A stretch of 64,000 nucleotides of DNA from an uncultured Actinomycetota bacterium. Lineage in GTDB: Bacteria > Actinomycetota > Acidimicrobiia > Acidimicrobiales > RAAP-2. The stretch spans positions 767,556 through 831,555 of the forward strand of contig CAWJOU010000005.1 in assembly GCA_963844575.1 (NCBI GenBank), in the 5' to 3' direction. Each line of letters begins with the position of its first letter. Position 1 is the stretch's first letter. Under the pieces are notes generated by a model that saw only the letters and a list, made by a program, of their open reading frames with translations, was not told the DNA's origin and ran no database searches. The position numbers and the translations under genes were made by a program. Positions 46,166 to 54,444 of this stretch are shown here, one piece after another.

Positions 46166-47458
46166 ATGAGGGTCGAGATCGTGGCGGTCGGGACCGAGCT
46201 GCTGCTCGGCCAGATCGCCGACACGAACAGTGCGTGGCTCGGCGAGCAGCTGGCGGCCGCCGGGGTCGGTTCCCACTTCCACCAGGCCGTCGGGGACAAC
46301 CACCGCCGGATCGTCCTCGCCCTCCGCACCGCGTTGGCCCGATCGGACGGCGTCATCATGTGCGGCGGCCTCGGGCCGACGCAGGACGACATCACGCGGG
46401 AGGCGATCGCCGAGGTCATGAACGTCCCGCTCGTTCGAGACGGCGCGGTCGTGGCCCGGATCGAGGGGTTCTTCGCCGGCCGCGGCCGCGAGATGTCCGA
46501 CAACAACCGCCGCCAGGCCGACGTGCCGGAGGGGGCGTCGGTCATCGAGCAGGCCCGCGGCACCGCACCCGGCCTGATCTGTCCGATCGGCCACAAGGTC
46601 GTCTACGCGGTGCCCGGCGTGCCGTACGAGATGGCCGAGATGTTCGAGCGAGCGATCCTGCCCGACCTGCGGGCCCGGATGGCCGCGGCCGGCGAGGAGG
46701 CGGTCATCGCCAGCCGGGTCCTCCGGACGTGGGGGACGAGTGAGTCGGGGTTGGCCGAAGCCCTGCAGGGCCGCATCGATGCGCTCGACCACGTCGCGTC
46801 GGCGACCGGTGCCGTCACGATCGCCTTCCTGGCCAGCGGGATCGAAGGGATCAAGGTGCGGCTGACCGCCCGAGCCGCCACCGCCGGCGACGTCGTGGCG
46901 CGGCTCGACGCCGAAGAGGCCGAAGTGCGGGCGGCGCTGGCCGACCGGTTCGGCGACATCGTCTTCGGCGTCGACGGCGAGACGATGGAAGAAGCCGTCG
47001 GCACGATGCTGCTCGCCCGTGGTCTGACGCTCGGCGTCGCCGAGTCCCTAACCGGTGGGCTCATCGCCTCGCGCGTCGTCGACGTCCCGGGGAGCAGCCG
47101 GTGGTTCCGGGGCGGGATCGTCGCCTACGACACCGCGGTCAAGTTCTCCGTGCTCGGGCTGCCCGACGGTCCGGTGGTGTCCGAGGACGCGGCCGGCGCG
47201 ATGGCCGTCGGCGCTCGCCGGGTCGTCGGCGCGGACGTCGGTCTCGGCATCACCGGCGTCGCCGGGCCGGCCGAGCAGGAGGGAAAGCCGGCCGGCACGG
47301 TCTTCGTCGGCCTGGCGCTGCCCGACAGCCCGGTCGTGACGGCCGAGCTCCACCTCCCGGGGGACCGGCCGCGGGTCCGGCAGTACTCGGCCATCTCCGC
47401 GCTCGATCTCCTGCGGCGGACGCTGTCGGCACAGCCGGCCCGGGCCCTGGGCAGCTGA
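46166..47458 (+). CDS. cinA: CinA family protein (MoCF-binding domain plus nicotinamide-nucleotide amidase domain)
   Basis: MRVEIVAVGTELLLGQIADTNSAWL N-terminus, GGLGPTQDDIT, and a C-terminal PncC-like ESLTGG motif. Confidence 0.85.
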   Translation: MRVEIVAVGTELLLGQIADTNSAWLGEQLAAAGVGSHFHQAVGDNHRRIVLALRTALARSDGVIMCGGLGPTQDDITREAIAEVMNVPLVRDGAVVARIEGFFAGRGREMSDNNRRQADVPEGASVIEQARGTAPGLICPIGHKVVYAVPGVPYEMAEMFERAILPDLRARMAAAGEEAVIASRVLRTWGTSESGLAEALQGRIDALDHVASATGAVTIAFLASGIEGIKVRLTARAATAGDVVARLDAEEAEVRAALADRFGDIVFGVDGETMEEAVGTMLLARGLTLGVAESLTGGLIASRVVDVPGSSRWFRGGIVAYDTAVKFSVLGLPDGPVVSEDAAGAMAVGARRVVGADVGLGITGVAGPAEQEGKPAGTVFVGLALPDSPVVTAELHLPGDRPRVRQYSAISALDLLRRTLSAQPARALGS

Positions 47459-47537
47459 TCCCCCGCCTGGACCGGCCAACTTCGCCCGGCCAGCCCCGAC
47501 CGACCAGCCCCGACCGGCGGGCGTCAGCGGGCGAACG

Positions 47538-47768
47538 TCAGGCGGGAGGGCCGCCAAGCAGTGCGAGGGGATCGAGGCCGAGCCGGTCGGCCAACCGCTC
47601 GACCGTCCGGAGCGTGACGTTCCGCTCGCCTCGCTCCAGGCCACCCATGTACGTCCGATGCACCCCGAGGACGTCCGCGAAGTCCTCCTGGCTCAGCGAC
47701 CGGCTCTTGCGCAGCGCGCGGAGAGCCTGGCCAAACTGGCGTTGTAGGGCCCCCTCCACGGGGAACAC
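47538..47768 (-). CDS. XRE family HTH transcriptional regulator (76 aa)
   Basis: LSQEDFADVLGVHRTYMGGLERGERNVTLRTVERLA is a classical Cro/C1 HTH. Confidence 0.8.
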   Translation of the reverse strand: MFPVEGALQRQFGQALRALRKSRSLSQEDFADVLGVHRTYMGGLERGERNVTLRTVERLADRLGLDPLALLGGPPA

Positions 47769-47779
47769 CCTGCTGAATG

Positions 47780-47811
47780 GCTACTTGCTGGTCTACAGAC
47801 CGATGGGTAGC
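47780..47811. promoter_or_regulatory. 32-bp nested palindrome upstream of XRE gene 1
   Basis: GCTAC-TTGCT-GGTCT-AC-AGACC-GATGG-GTAGC. A conserved counterpart lies at 48788..48819. Confidence 0.45.
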
Positions 47812-47897
47812 AATGCCCGACACGGGCGATGTAGCGACACGGGCCACGGAGCCGGGCCTGACACCGGCCGTCTGACCTCCGCCCGGCCGGCGGGACG

Positions 47898-48158
47898 TCA
47901 CTTTCCGTAGTGGTAGCGCGCTTGGAGGACGACGAGGTCGCCGTCGAGAACCTGGTAGACGAGGCGATGTTCCTCGGTGATCCGCCGTGACCAAGAGCCA
48001 CTGATGCCGTACTTGAGCGGTTCGGGCTTGCCGATCCCGGCGGTCGGATCCCGGAGGGCATCGTCGATCAGGCGGTTGATCCGCTTGAGGACGGTCCGGT
48101 CGACTCGCTGCCAGTAGAGGTAGTCGTCCCAACCCTGTGGGGTGAAGACCAGCTTCAC
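47898..48158 (-). CDS. yoeB: Txe/YoeB family toxin (mRNA interferase)
   Basis: 86 aa. VFTPQGWDDYLYWQ...INRLI...PEPLKY...SRRITEEHRLVY...ARYHY matches the YoeB pattern. GTGA overlap with yefM. Confidence 0.85.
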   Translation of the reverse strand: MKLVFTPQGWDDYLYWQRVDRTVLKRINRLIDDALRDPTAGIGKPEPLKYGISGSWSRRITEEHRLVYQVLDGDLVVLQARYHYGK

Positions 48159-48403
48159 TCGCGGTCGAGCGGGTGCTCGACGGTCTCGCCTCGGGCCGCC
48201 GCCTCGGCCGCGTCCAGGAGCCGGCGGGCGTTGGCCGGCGACCGGAACAGGTAGGCCGTCTCCTGCCATGCCGCGTACTCGTCGGCCGACATGAGCACCG
48301 CGTTGCCGCGCTTGGACGTGATCTCGATGGCCGCGCGGTCGTCGTTGACCTTCTCGATGAGCGGGAAAAGTTCCCGCCGGGCTTCGCTCGCGGTGATCGC
48401 CAT
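48155..48403 (-). CDS. yefM: Phd/YefM family antitoxin
   Basis: 82 aa with N-terminus ITASEARRELFPLIEKVNDD...ITSKRGNAVLMSADEY..WQET. Confidence 0.85.
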   Translation of the reverse strand: MAITASEARRELFPLIEKVNDDRAAIEITSKRGNAVLMSADEYAAWQETAYLFRSPANARRLLDAAEAAARGETVEHPLDRE

Positions 48404-48424
48404 GCTGGGGCCTCTCTGGTGCTA

Positions 48425-48448
48425 AGTGGTACCAAATATTGTACCACT
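48425..48448. promoter_or_regulatory. yefM-yoeB operator-like palindrome
   Basis: AGTGGTAC-CAAATATT-GTACCACT (perfect 8-bp arms with GTAC cores), 22 to 45 nt upstream of the yefM start. Confidence 0.5.
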
Positions 48449-48542
48449 CAGCGTTCGAACCCGGCACCGGCCACACCGGCCACACCGACCCGGCGGCCGC
48501 GTCGGCGCCGACTGGCGGTCGCGGGACCTGGGCGGCGGCGCC

Positions 48543-48776
48543 CTACCCGCCGTCGGAGCCGCTGAGGAGGTCCATCGGATCGACGTGCAGGCGGTCGGCC
48601 AGCCGTTCGACCGTCTGGAGCGTCACGTTCCGCTCGCCGCGCTCCAGACCGCCGATGAAGGTCCGGTGGACGCCGGCGACGTCCGCGAACTCCTCCTGGC
48701 TGAGCCCGCGGGCCTTTCGATGGGCGCGGAGGCCCCGACCGAGCTGTCGCTGGAGGTCGCCTTCCACGGCACTCAC
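48543..48776 (-). CDS. XRE family HTH transcriptional regulator (77 aa), paralog of 47538..47768
   Basis: LSQEEFADVAGVHRTFIGGLERGERNVTLQTVERLA. About two-thirds identical to the other XRE protein, judged by eye. Confidence 0.8.
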   Translation of the reverse strand: MSAVEGDLQRQLGRGLRAHRKARGLSQEEFADVAGVHRTFIGGLERGERNVTLQTVERLADRLHVDPMDLLSGSDGG

Positions 48777-48787
48777 GCTGCTCAGTG

Positions 48788-48819
48788 GCTACCGATAGGT
48801 CTACAGACTGATACGTAGC
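48788..48819. promoter_or_regulatory. 32-bp nested palindrome upstream of XRE gene 2
   Basis: GCTAC-CGATA-GGTCT-AC-AGACT-GATAC-GTAGC, at the same position relative to its start codon as 47780..47811. Confidence 0.45.
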
Positions 48820-48854
48820 ACCGTCCCCGGTGCTGCCCACCCCCCGGGCGCTCG

Positions 48855-49253
48855 TCACGCCCCACCGGTTAGGTGGACATGCGGCTGCCAACGGCCGTCC
48901 GGGCCGGGCCAGCTGTCGATCTCGACGACCGAGTCGCCGTCCGCCCAGAGCTGGATGCCGACGGCCGGTCCGAGACCGTCGTCGGGCCCGTCGACGGTCG
49001 ACGGCGTCGCATGGAGGACGACCGCGGCCCGGCCTGCTCCACTCCGGCTGGCGGCCCCGTCGTCCGCGTCGGCGGCTCGGTCACCCGGGGCGCCAGGCAG
49101 TTCGAGACGCAGCTCGGTCGTCTCGCCGACGACCTCGGCAACCAGCCGCACCCGACCGAGGTCGTCGACGACGACCAGTCGTCTGGTGCGAATCTCGTCC
49201 GCCATGGCGCGGACCGACCGCTCGAGCGCGGCAAGCCGCGCCTGCATACCCAT
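48855..49253 (-). CDS. hypothetical protein
   Basis: Start taken at ATG 49253 (MGMQARLAALE...). N-terminal coiled-coil-like helix. I recognise no family. Confidence 0.35.
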   Translation of the reverse strand: MGMQARLAALERSVRAMADEIRTRRLVVVDDLGRVRLVAEVVGETTELRLELPGAPGDRAADADDGAASRSGAGRAAVVLHATPSTVDGPDDGLGPAVGIQLWADGDSVVEIDSWPGPDGRWQPHVHLTGGA

Positions 49254-49572
49254 CCCCTCATCGTTCCCGGTCCCCTCCGGTCTCCCTGCTGCCGGCATGT
49301 CCGGCCTCCTCGTCGTGCGCGCTGGATCGGTGGCGTGGCCACCGGCGACGGTCGACGGACGACCGACCCCGGCGCTGCACGAGGACGACCTGCCGAGCAC
49401 TCCGGCATCGAGGACGGTCGCCGTAGAAGTTTCTAGCAGGGCGCTGTGTTACGGAGGCGTGTCGCCCGGACCAGCGCCACGACGCCGACCCGGCGTGGTG
49501 GTCGCCGCCGCCGTCCCCGCCGGGCCGGAACGGCCAGCTGGGCCCGAGCGGAGCCGCGCGGTCGGCCGCCGC

Positions 49573-50277
49573 CTAACCGAGCGCGCCGAGCCCGGCGCCG
49601 GCCGGCGAGCCACCGAGGTAGACCGCGACCTGCCCGACGCCGGCCGACCGCCAGCGGCCGTCGGGTTCGCGGAGCAGCGCGGTCCGCTCGGGGATGCCGG
49701 CGACCGGCAGGTCCTTCGGGGCGAGGACGACGGAGCGGTGCAGCTTCTCGCCATGGGCGTCCTCGTCGACGTCGCCGAAGTGCGGGATCACGGCCAGGCC
49801 GTCGACGAGGCCGAGACCGACGGTGAGCGCGCCGCCCCGGGGGTCGACCATCGGGTCGGTCAGGGCCATCGCGCCGGCCGCGGCACCGGCGACGACCGCG
49901 CCGTCGAGCCACGCGTCCTTCAGCGCGGCGAAGACCTTGGAGTCCTTGAGGACCGACCGCAGGTGGAGCGAGGAGCCGCCGCTCAGGTAGACGAAGCGGG
50001 CGCCGCGGACGACGTCGGCCGCGCCGTCGTCCTCGGCGTCCGCCCGACCGAGGACCATGAGGCCTTCGACCTCGGCTCCGAGCGGACCGAACCACTCCGC
50101 GGCGGCGAGCACCGCCCGTTCGGGGTGTTCGTAGGCGGCCGCGGTGGGCAGGACGACGACGTCGGAGCCGCCGGACGCGGCGAGCAGCTCCACGTCGAAG
50201 TCGCAGCCGTCGGTCCAGGCCGCGCCACCGACGAGGGCCAGCAGGCCCGGCTTCCCGGTTCCTCTCATACCGGCCAC
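49573..50277 (-). CDS. peptidase S51 / cyanophycinase-like (class I glutamine amidotransferase-like fold)
   Basis: Pattern VVVLPTAAA...VYLSGGS...AGAAAGAMAL. Family assignment is from memory. Confidence 0.55.
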   Translation of the reverse strand: MAGMRGTGKPGLLALVGGAAWTDGCDFDVELLAASGGSDVVVLPTAAAYEHPERAVLAAAEWFGPLGAEVEGLMVLGRADAEDDGAADVVRGARFVYLSGGSSLHLRSVLKDSKVFAALKDAWLDGAVVAGAAAGAMALTDPMVDPRGGALTVGLGLVDGLAVIPHFGDVDEDAHGEKLHRSVVLAPKDLPVAGIPERTALLREPDGRWRSAGVGQVAVYLGGSPAGAGLGALG

Positions 50278-50353
50278 TTTGGCACGTCCTGGCCGGCGGT
50301 CACGACGGCGGTGCGGTGCCAGGCGGAAGGGCTCGCCGGCTGGCGTTTCTCGC

Positions 50354-51952
50354 TCAGCGGAGGGCGACGTCGTCGAGGTACTCGTCGCGCCAGTAGTCGT
50401 ACCGCTCGTCGGGGAGGGCGACGGCGTGCGTGGGTTCGAGGGCGGCGACGAAGGAGCGGTCGTGGCTGACGACGACGAGCGTGCCCGGCCAGATGCTCAG
50501 CATCCGGCCGACGGCCTCGATCGACGCGGGGTCGAGGTTGTTCGTCGGCTCGTCGAGGACGAGCAGGTTCGCCCGGCCAGCGGCCAGCATGGCCAGACCG
50601 AGCTTGGCCCGTTCACCACCGGAGAGCGTCGCCGGCATCTGGTCGGCGGCCTTCGACGGCAACCCGAACGAGCCGAGCAGGGCCCGGCGCTCCGGGTCGG
50701 TCTTCAGCACGGTGTCGTCGACGTTCTCGAGGGTGGTCTTGTCCTGGTCGACCTGCTCGTGCTCCTGGGCGAAGTAACCGATCGACACGTTCGTCCCGAT
50801 CGCGACCGATCCGTCGCTCGGCGCCTGGACGCCGGCGACGCAGCGGAGGAGGCTCGACTTGCCGGCGCCGTTGCGGCCGATGACGACGATGCGGTCGCCG
50901 CGGCCGACGGTGAAGTCGACGTTCGTGAGCACGGTGTCGTCGGCGTAGCGGACGCCGAGGTGCTGGACGGTCAGCGGGACCGCGCCGGAGCGCTCGGGCG
51001 TCGGCAGGCGGAAGACGCTCTTGCGCTCCCGGGCGAAGACCTCCGTGCGCCGGCCTTCGAGCCGCTCGACCCGCCGGTCGAGGGACTTGGCGACGCGGGC
51101 CCGGCGGACGGTCTGGCCGCGCATGGTGTCGGCGAGCGTGCTGAGCCGCTTGATCTCGCGGCCCTCGAGCTCGGCCGCCCGCTCGCGCCGGTCGTGGTCG
51201 GCCGCGAGCTGGGTGCGGTAGCTCGAGTACGTCCCCTTGTACTCGTGGAGGCGGCCGTCGTCGAGGTGGAAGACCTTCGTGATCGACCGGTCGAGGAGCT
51301 GCAGGTCGTGGCTGACGACGAGCAGGGCGCCGCGGAACGTCGCCAGCTCGTCCATGAGCCACTGCTTGGCCGTCAGGTCGAGGTGGTTCGTCGGCTCGTC
51401 GAGGACCATGACGTCGGGCGCCTGGAAGAGGATGCGGACGAGGTCGACGCGGCGCCGCTGCCCGCCGGACAGCGTCTCGATGTCGTCGAGCAGCGCGTCC
51501 TCGGGGAGCCCGACGCCGGCGGCGAGGCGGCCCATGACGGATTCGGCCTCGTAGCCACCGTTCTCCTGGTACTGCTGCTCGAGGTCGGCGAAGTGCTGGA
51601 TGTTCTCCTCCGTCGGGTCCTTGGCCATCTGCCGCCGGGCCTGGTCGAGCGCGTCGTCGAGGACGTCGAGCCCGCGAGCCGACAGGACGTGCGAGAAGCC
51701 GCTCGGGTCCAACCCGAGCCCGCGCGGCGGGGGAACCTGGGGCAGCCAGCCGAGGGTGCCGGTGATACGGACGTTGCCGCGGGAGCGCACCTGGGCCGGC
51801 GGCTCGCCGACGAGGACGGAGATGAGCGACGACTTGCCGGCGCCGTTGCGGCCGACGAGGCCGACCTTCTCGCCGGCCCCGACGACGAACGACGCGTCGC
51901 CGAGCAGCACGCGCTCGCCGATCTCGACGTTGACGGAGGAACCGACGATCAT
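50354..51952 (-). CDS. ABC-F family ATPase (two ABC domains, no TM)
   Basis: Two Walker A motifs (GRNGAGKSS twice), two LSGG signatures, and an inter-domain linker. Confidence 0.9.
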   Translation of the reverse strand: MIVGSSVNVEIGERVLLGDASFVVGAGEKVGLVGRNGAGKSSLISVLVGEPPAQVRSRGNVRITGTLGWLPQVPPPRGLGLDPSGFSHVLSARGLDVLDDALDQARRQMAKDPTEENIQHFADLEQQYQENGGYEAESVMGRLAAGVGLPEDALLDDIETLSGGQRRRVDLVRILFQAPDVMVLDEPTNHLDLTAKQWLMDELATFRGALLVVSHDLQLLDRSITKVFHLDDGRLHEYKGTYSSYRTQLAADHDRRERAAELEGREIKRLSTLADTMRGQTVRRARVAKSLDRRVERLEGRRTEVFARERKSVFRLPTPERSGAVPLTVQHLGVRYADDTVLTNVDFTVGRGDRIVVIGRNGAGKSSLLRCVAGVQAPSDGSVAIGTNVSIGYFAQEHEQVDQDKTTLENVDDTVLKTDPERRALLGSFGLPSKAADQMPATLSGGERAKLGLAMLAAGRANLLVLDEPTNNLDPASIEAVGRMLSIWPGTLVVVSHDRSFVAALEPTHAVALPDERYDYWRDEYLDDVALR

Positions 51953-51984
51953 CCGATCAAGGGTCGCACACGTAAGCTCGGGTC

Positions 51985-52860
51985 ATGACCACGGCGGTCC
52001 CGGCCGGCGGACACCCGGCGGCGGACCCAGCGTCTCGCCGGTTCGACGCCCAGGTGGCGATCGTCACCGGAGCCGCCTCGGGCATCGGTCGCGCCCTGGC
52101 GACGGCGCTGGTCGCCGAGGGCGCGACCGTCGTTCTCGCCGACCTCGACGGCGCGGGGGCCGAGCGGGCGGCCGCGGAGATCGGCCGCGGTGCCGAGCCG
52201 GCCGCGGTCGACGTCACCGACGCCGGTGCGGTGGCGTCGCTCGTCGATTCGGTGGTCGGCCGGTACGGGCGGATCGACGTGCTCTGCAACAACGCGGGCA
52301 TCGGCGCCGGTGGCCCCGTCGAGCAGCTGACCCTGGCCGACTGGGCGGCGGTGATCGATGCCGACCTCAACAGCGTCGTCTACGGCGTCGCCGCCGCGTA
52401 CCCGTCGATGGTGCGGCAGGCGTCGGGGCACATCGTCAACACGGCGTCGTTGGCCGGGCTCGTGCCGTCGCCGCTGCTGACCCCCTACGCGGCGGCCAAG
52501 GCCGCGGTCGTCGGCCTCAGTGTCAGCCTGCGGGTCGAGGCGGCGGCCCACGGGGTCGGTGTCAGCGTGGTCTGCCCCGGCCCGGTCGAGACGCCGATCC
52601 TCGACCAGACCGGTCCGGGCCACGCGGTGAACGCCCGCAAGCTCTTGACCAACGCGCTCGGGCCGCCGTACCCGGCGGCGGCGATGGCCGCCGACATCCT
52701 CGACGGCGTGGTCGAGAACCGGGCGATCATCGTGGCCCCGGCCACCGCCCGCGCCGCCTGGGAAGGCTATCGCCGGGCGCCCGAAGCGGTCCTCGACGCC
52801 ATGGCGGCCCAGGCGAGGGCCAGCCGGCAGCGCCGGGAGGGCACGACGACGACCGGGTGA
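51985..52860 (+). CDS. SDR family oxidoreductase
   Basis: TGAASGIG, NNAG, and YAAAK motifs. Confidence 0.85.
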   Translation: MTTAVPAGGHPAADPASRRFDAQVAIVTGAASGIGRALATALVAEGATVVLADLDGAGAERAAAEIGRGAEPAAVDVTDAGAVASLVDSVVGRYGRIDVLCNNAGIGAGGPVEQLTLADWAAVIDADLNSVVYGVAAAYPSMVRQASGHIVNTASLAGLVPSPLLTPYAAAKAAVVGLSVSLRVEAAAHGVGVSVVCPGPVETPILDQTGPGHAVNARKLLTNALGPPYPAAAMAADILDGVVENRAIIVAPATARAAWEGYRRAPEAVLDAMAAQARASRQRREGTTTTG

Positions 52861-52896
52861 CGGGGCGATTTCTGCCGCGGGGTAACGTCTTCGCCC

Positions 52897-53751
52897 ATGA
52901 CTGTCACGCGTGTCGGAATCGTCGGCTCGGGAATCATGGGCTCGGGCATCGCCGAGGTGGCGGCCGCCACCGGCCACCAGGTCGTGCTGCGGAGCCGGAG
53001 CCAGTCGAGCGCGGACGCCACGGTCGTCCGTTTGGAGAAGTCGCTCGCCCGACAGGTCGAGAAGGGCAAGCGAACCGAGGAGGAGCGCGAGCAGATCCTC
53101 GGCCGGGTCACGACGGCGACCGATCTCGACGCGCTGGCCGACGTCGATCTCGTCGTCGAGTCGGTCGTCGAGGACCTGGCGGTCAAGAAGCACCTCTTCA
53201 CCGAGCTCGACCGGATCTGCCCGGACGGGACGATCGTCGCCACGAACACGTCGACGCTCCCGGTGGTCGAGCTGGCCATGGAGACCGGACGGCCGGACCG
53301 GGTCTGTGGGATCCACTTCTTCAACCCGGCCCCCGCGATGTCGCTGGTCGAGATCGTCCGGCCGATCACCGCGTCCGACGAGACGATCGCCATCGCGGTG
53401 GCGTTCGCGGCGGCGTGCGGCAAGGAACCGGTCACGGTGAAGGACCAGGCCGGGTTCGTCGTCAACGCGCTGCTCTTCCCGTACCTCAACAACGCGGTGC
53501 GCCTGCTCGAGCAGGGCGTCGCCACGAAGGAGGGGATCGACACCGCGATGAAGGGCGGCTGCGGGTTCCCGATGGGCCCGTTCGCCCTGCTCGACCTGGT
53601 CGGCCTCGACACGTCGCTGGCCATCCTCGACACGCTCTACGCGGAGTACCGGGACCCGAACTACGCGGCCGTCCCGCGGCTGCGCCGGATGGTGGCCGCC
53701 GAGACCCTCGGGCGGAAGTCCGGCCGCGGGTTCTACGACTACAAGAAGTAG
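52897..53751 (+). CDS. hbd: 3-hydroxybutyryl-CoA / 3-hydroxyacyl-CoA dehydrogenase
   Basis: VGIVGSGIMGSGIA Rossmann motif, HFFNPAP, GFVVNALL. Confidence 0.9.
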   Translation: MTVTRVGIVGSGIMGSGIAEVAAATGHQVVLRSRSQSSADATVVRLEKSLARQVEKGKRTEEEREQILGRVTTATDLDALADVDLVVESVVEDLAVKKHLFTELDRICPDGTIVATNTSTLPVVELAMETGRPDRVCGIHFFNPAPAMSLVEIVRPITASDETIAIAVAFAAACGKEPVTVKDQAGFVVNALLFPYLNNAVRLLEQGVATKEGIDTAMKGGCGFPMGPFALLDLVGLDTSLAILDTLYAEYRDPNYAAVPRLRRMVAAETLGRKSGRGFYDYKK

Positions 53752-53823
53752 CGACGTGGGCCCCGGGCGGGCAGTGCCTACACTGGTAGCAGCCTCGCTG
53801 GAGTCCGCGGCTATGTCGGCCAG

Positions 53824-54126
53824 GTGGGGCAGAATGTCTCCTCGTCGGGACAGAGCAAGGGGATAGGCATGGGCGATCAGGCAGTAGTACTGGCAGCTCA
53901 AACCGTCGAAAAGCTGCTGGCCAGACTCAGAGGCTCCCTCTCTCGGGCGGCTAATCAGGCTGAGCTGCGTCTGCGAACGGTGGAGGCCAAGCACGATCCG
54001 ACCCGCGAGGCCTGGATCCGAGAAGTTCGGAGGGCGCTGGCGGACGGGTCGATCTCGGTGCAGATGGACTCGCAGCCGCAGCCGGAGGAGATTCTCGAGC
54101 GCTGGCGGGAGGCCCAGCCTGCCTGA
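53824..54126 (+). CDS. hypothetical protein (orphan ORF in a lower-GC patch)
   Basis: 100-aa ORF; ATG 53869 is an alternative start. No recognisable motif. Confidence 0.3.
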   Translation: MGQNVSSSGQSKGIGMGDQAVVLAAQTVEKLLARLRGSLSRAANQAELRLRTVEAKHDPTREAWIREVRRALADGSISVQMDSQPQPEEILERWREAQPA

Positions 54127-54172
54127 TTCCACCTGGGGGGTCTTCGACAAGGACCACATCATCCCGAAGTGG

Positions 54173-54373
54173 TTGGAGGGGAATCCACCACTGTCCTGGG
54201 TGACGGAAGTCCTGGCGTGGACGCGTGCCTGTCGCATAGCCGGCCCGCCGCCCGATGCCCGCGGATTGGGTGACGACCTGTACATAGCACCGGTGCCCGG
54301 CACCCGAGCCTCCATCGAGTATCTACAGGTCGACTACGAACGCCTGATAATCCTCAGAAAGATCCGCGACTGA
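54173..54373 (+). CDS. hypothetical protein (orphan ORF, TTG start)
   Basis: 66-aa ORF. The reading frame is open upstream of the TTG. Possibly a gene remnant. Confidence 0.2.
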   Translation: MEGNPPLSWVTEVLAWTRACRIAGPPPDARGLGDDLYIAPVPGTRASIEYLQVDYERLIILRKIRD

Positions 54374-54444
54374 CGCAGTCGGTAGACCGGGTGATCTCGC
54401 GAACGGCACCCCCCGGGGCGTCCCCTTCCCGGCGGCGAGGCAGA

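Noticed and set aside
54125-54172. HNH-like motif (FDKDHIIPKW) in the open frame upstream of the TTG of ORF 54173..54373.
   Set aside because: It is a single short match with no surrounding Cys/His or second catalytic residues, which is too weak to call an HNH nuclease remnant.
51949-54315. 788-aa minus-strand ORF spanning the SDR, hbd and the low-GC patch.
   Set aside because: It is antisense to two well-supported genes and has a low-complexity translation.
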